A DNA stretch of 64,000 nt. Source: Octopus sinensis. Its lineage: Eukaryota. The notes beneath the pieces are model-generated. The model made no database searches. It saw nothing but the letters and a program-made list of their open reading frames with translations, and had not been told where the DNA came from. Numbering within the stretch: the first letter of the stretch is position 1; each line of letters opens with the position of its first letter. The stretch lies in NCBI RefSeq assembly GCF_006345805.1, contig NC_043014.1, forward strand, positions 22,878,001 to 22,942,000. The letters are read 5' to 3'. The position numbers and the translations under genes were made by a program. Below are positions 63,501 through 64,000 of this stretch, piece after piece.

Positions 63501-64000
63501 TTGTTTCTGTGTGTCTTCACATTATCACATTCTGATAAAAAAAGGCAATTCTTTTTTCTTCCCAATTTCATCTCTTGCAGATAATATGTCCCATACTTTG
63601 GTAGTTTCAAAGAATGAAGACCAGATTAAAAACCAAAGGAGAACTGGCAACAAGAGTTTCTGCAAGTAGCAAACTGTTACAGTTAGCTTTGTTCAATCTA
63701 TGCTCATTCGTAAAAACTGGGTGTAAAAACAAAACAAAACCAAGTTGTTGTATCACAGAACTGGGTCTTGGAATTTAATGTGTCACATAGACATGACACA
63801 AGGGTCAACTTGTTTTTATTGACATGAGTGAAATGTTGCTCCAGTTGATGTATCACTCCATCTGACATTGGAGGCCTGTGACTGTTAACTTGGTCCCAGA
63901 GCTCCTTGTTTTCCTGCCATGAGGAAGCTGATGGCAGTAGAAGGTGGGATTTAAATTCAGAATGCAAAGATCCAAAATAGATACCACAAGGCATCTTATT

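Noticed and set aside
63704-63994. Minus-strand 96-aa ORF
   Set aside because: It starts in SINE sequence, has no recognisable domain, and runs off the window edge.

Overview
This is very AT-rich, repeat-dominated animal genomic DNA. The SINE, RTE and microsatellite content suggests an octopus or other cephalopod, but that is an inference. No complete host gene is visible. The window contains at least five Tc1/mariner-superfamily relics, RTE, CR1, R4-like and Tx1/L1 non-LTR retrotransposons, two Penelope-like (GIY-YIG) elements, many tRNA-derived SINEs, MITEs and very long (TA)n tracts. The most notable structure is a full-length, nearly intact Tx1-type retrotransposon (23.6-28.9 kb) sitting at a defined site inside a ~350-nt repeat that carries a hammerhead ribozyme. 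That repeat is present here in both direct and inverted copies. Several other small elements in (TA)n tracts share an architecture of inverted repeats around a hammerhead motif. Other points of interest are a 1.59-kb tandem duplication containing a possible first coding exon, a fixed-spacing CRE-CCAAT array in a Penelope pseudo-LTR, and a 202-bp identical copy of an old SINE at a CR1 5' junction. All alignments and folds were done by eye. Single-base indel noise at 45-58 kb suggests unpolished long-read sequence there.
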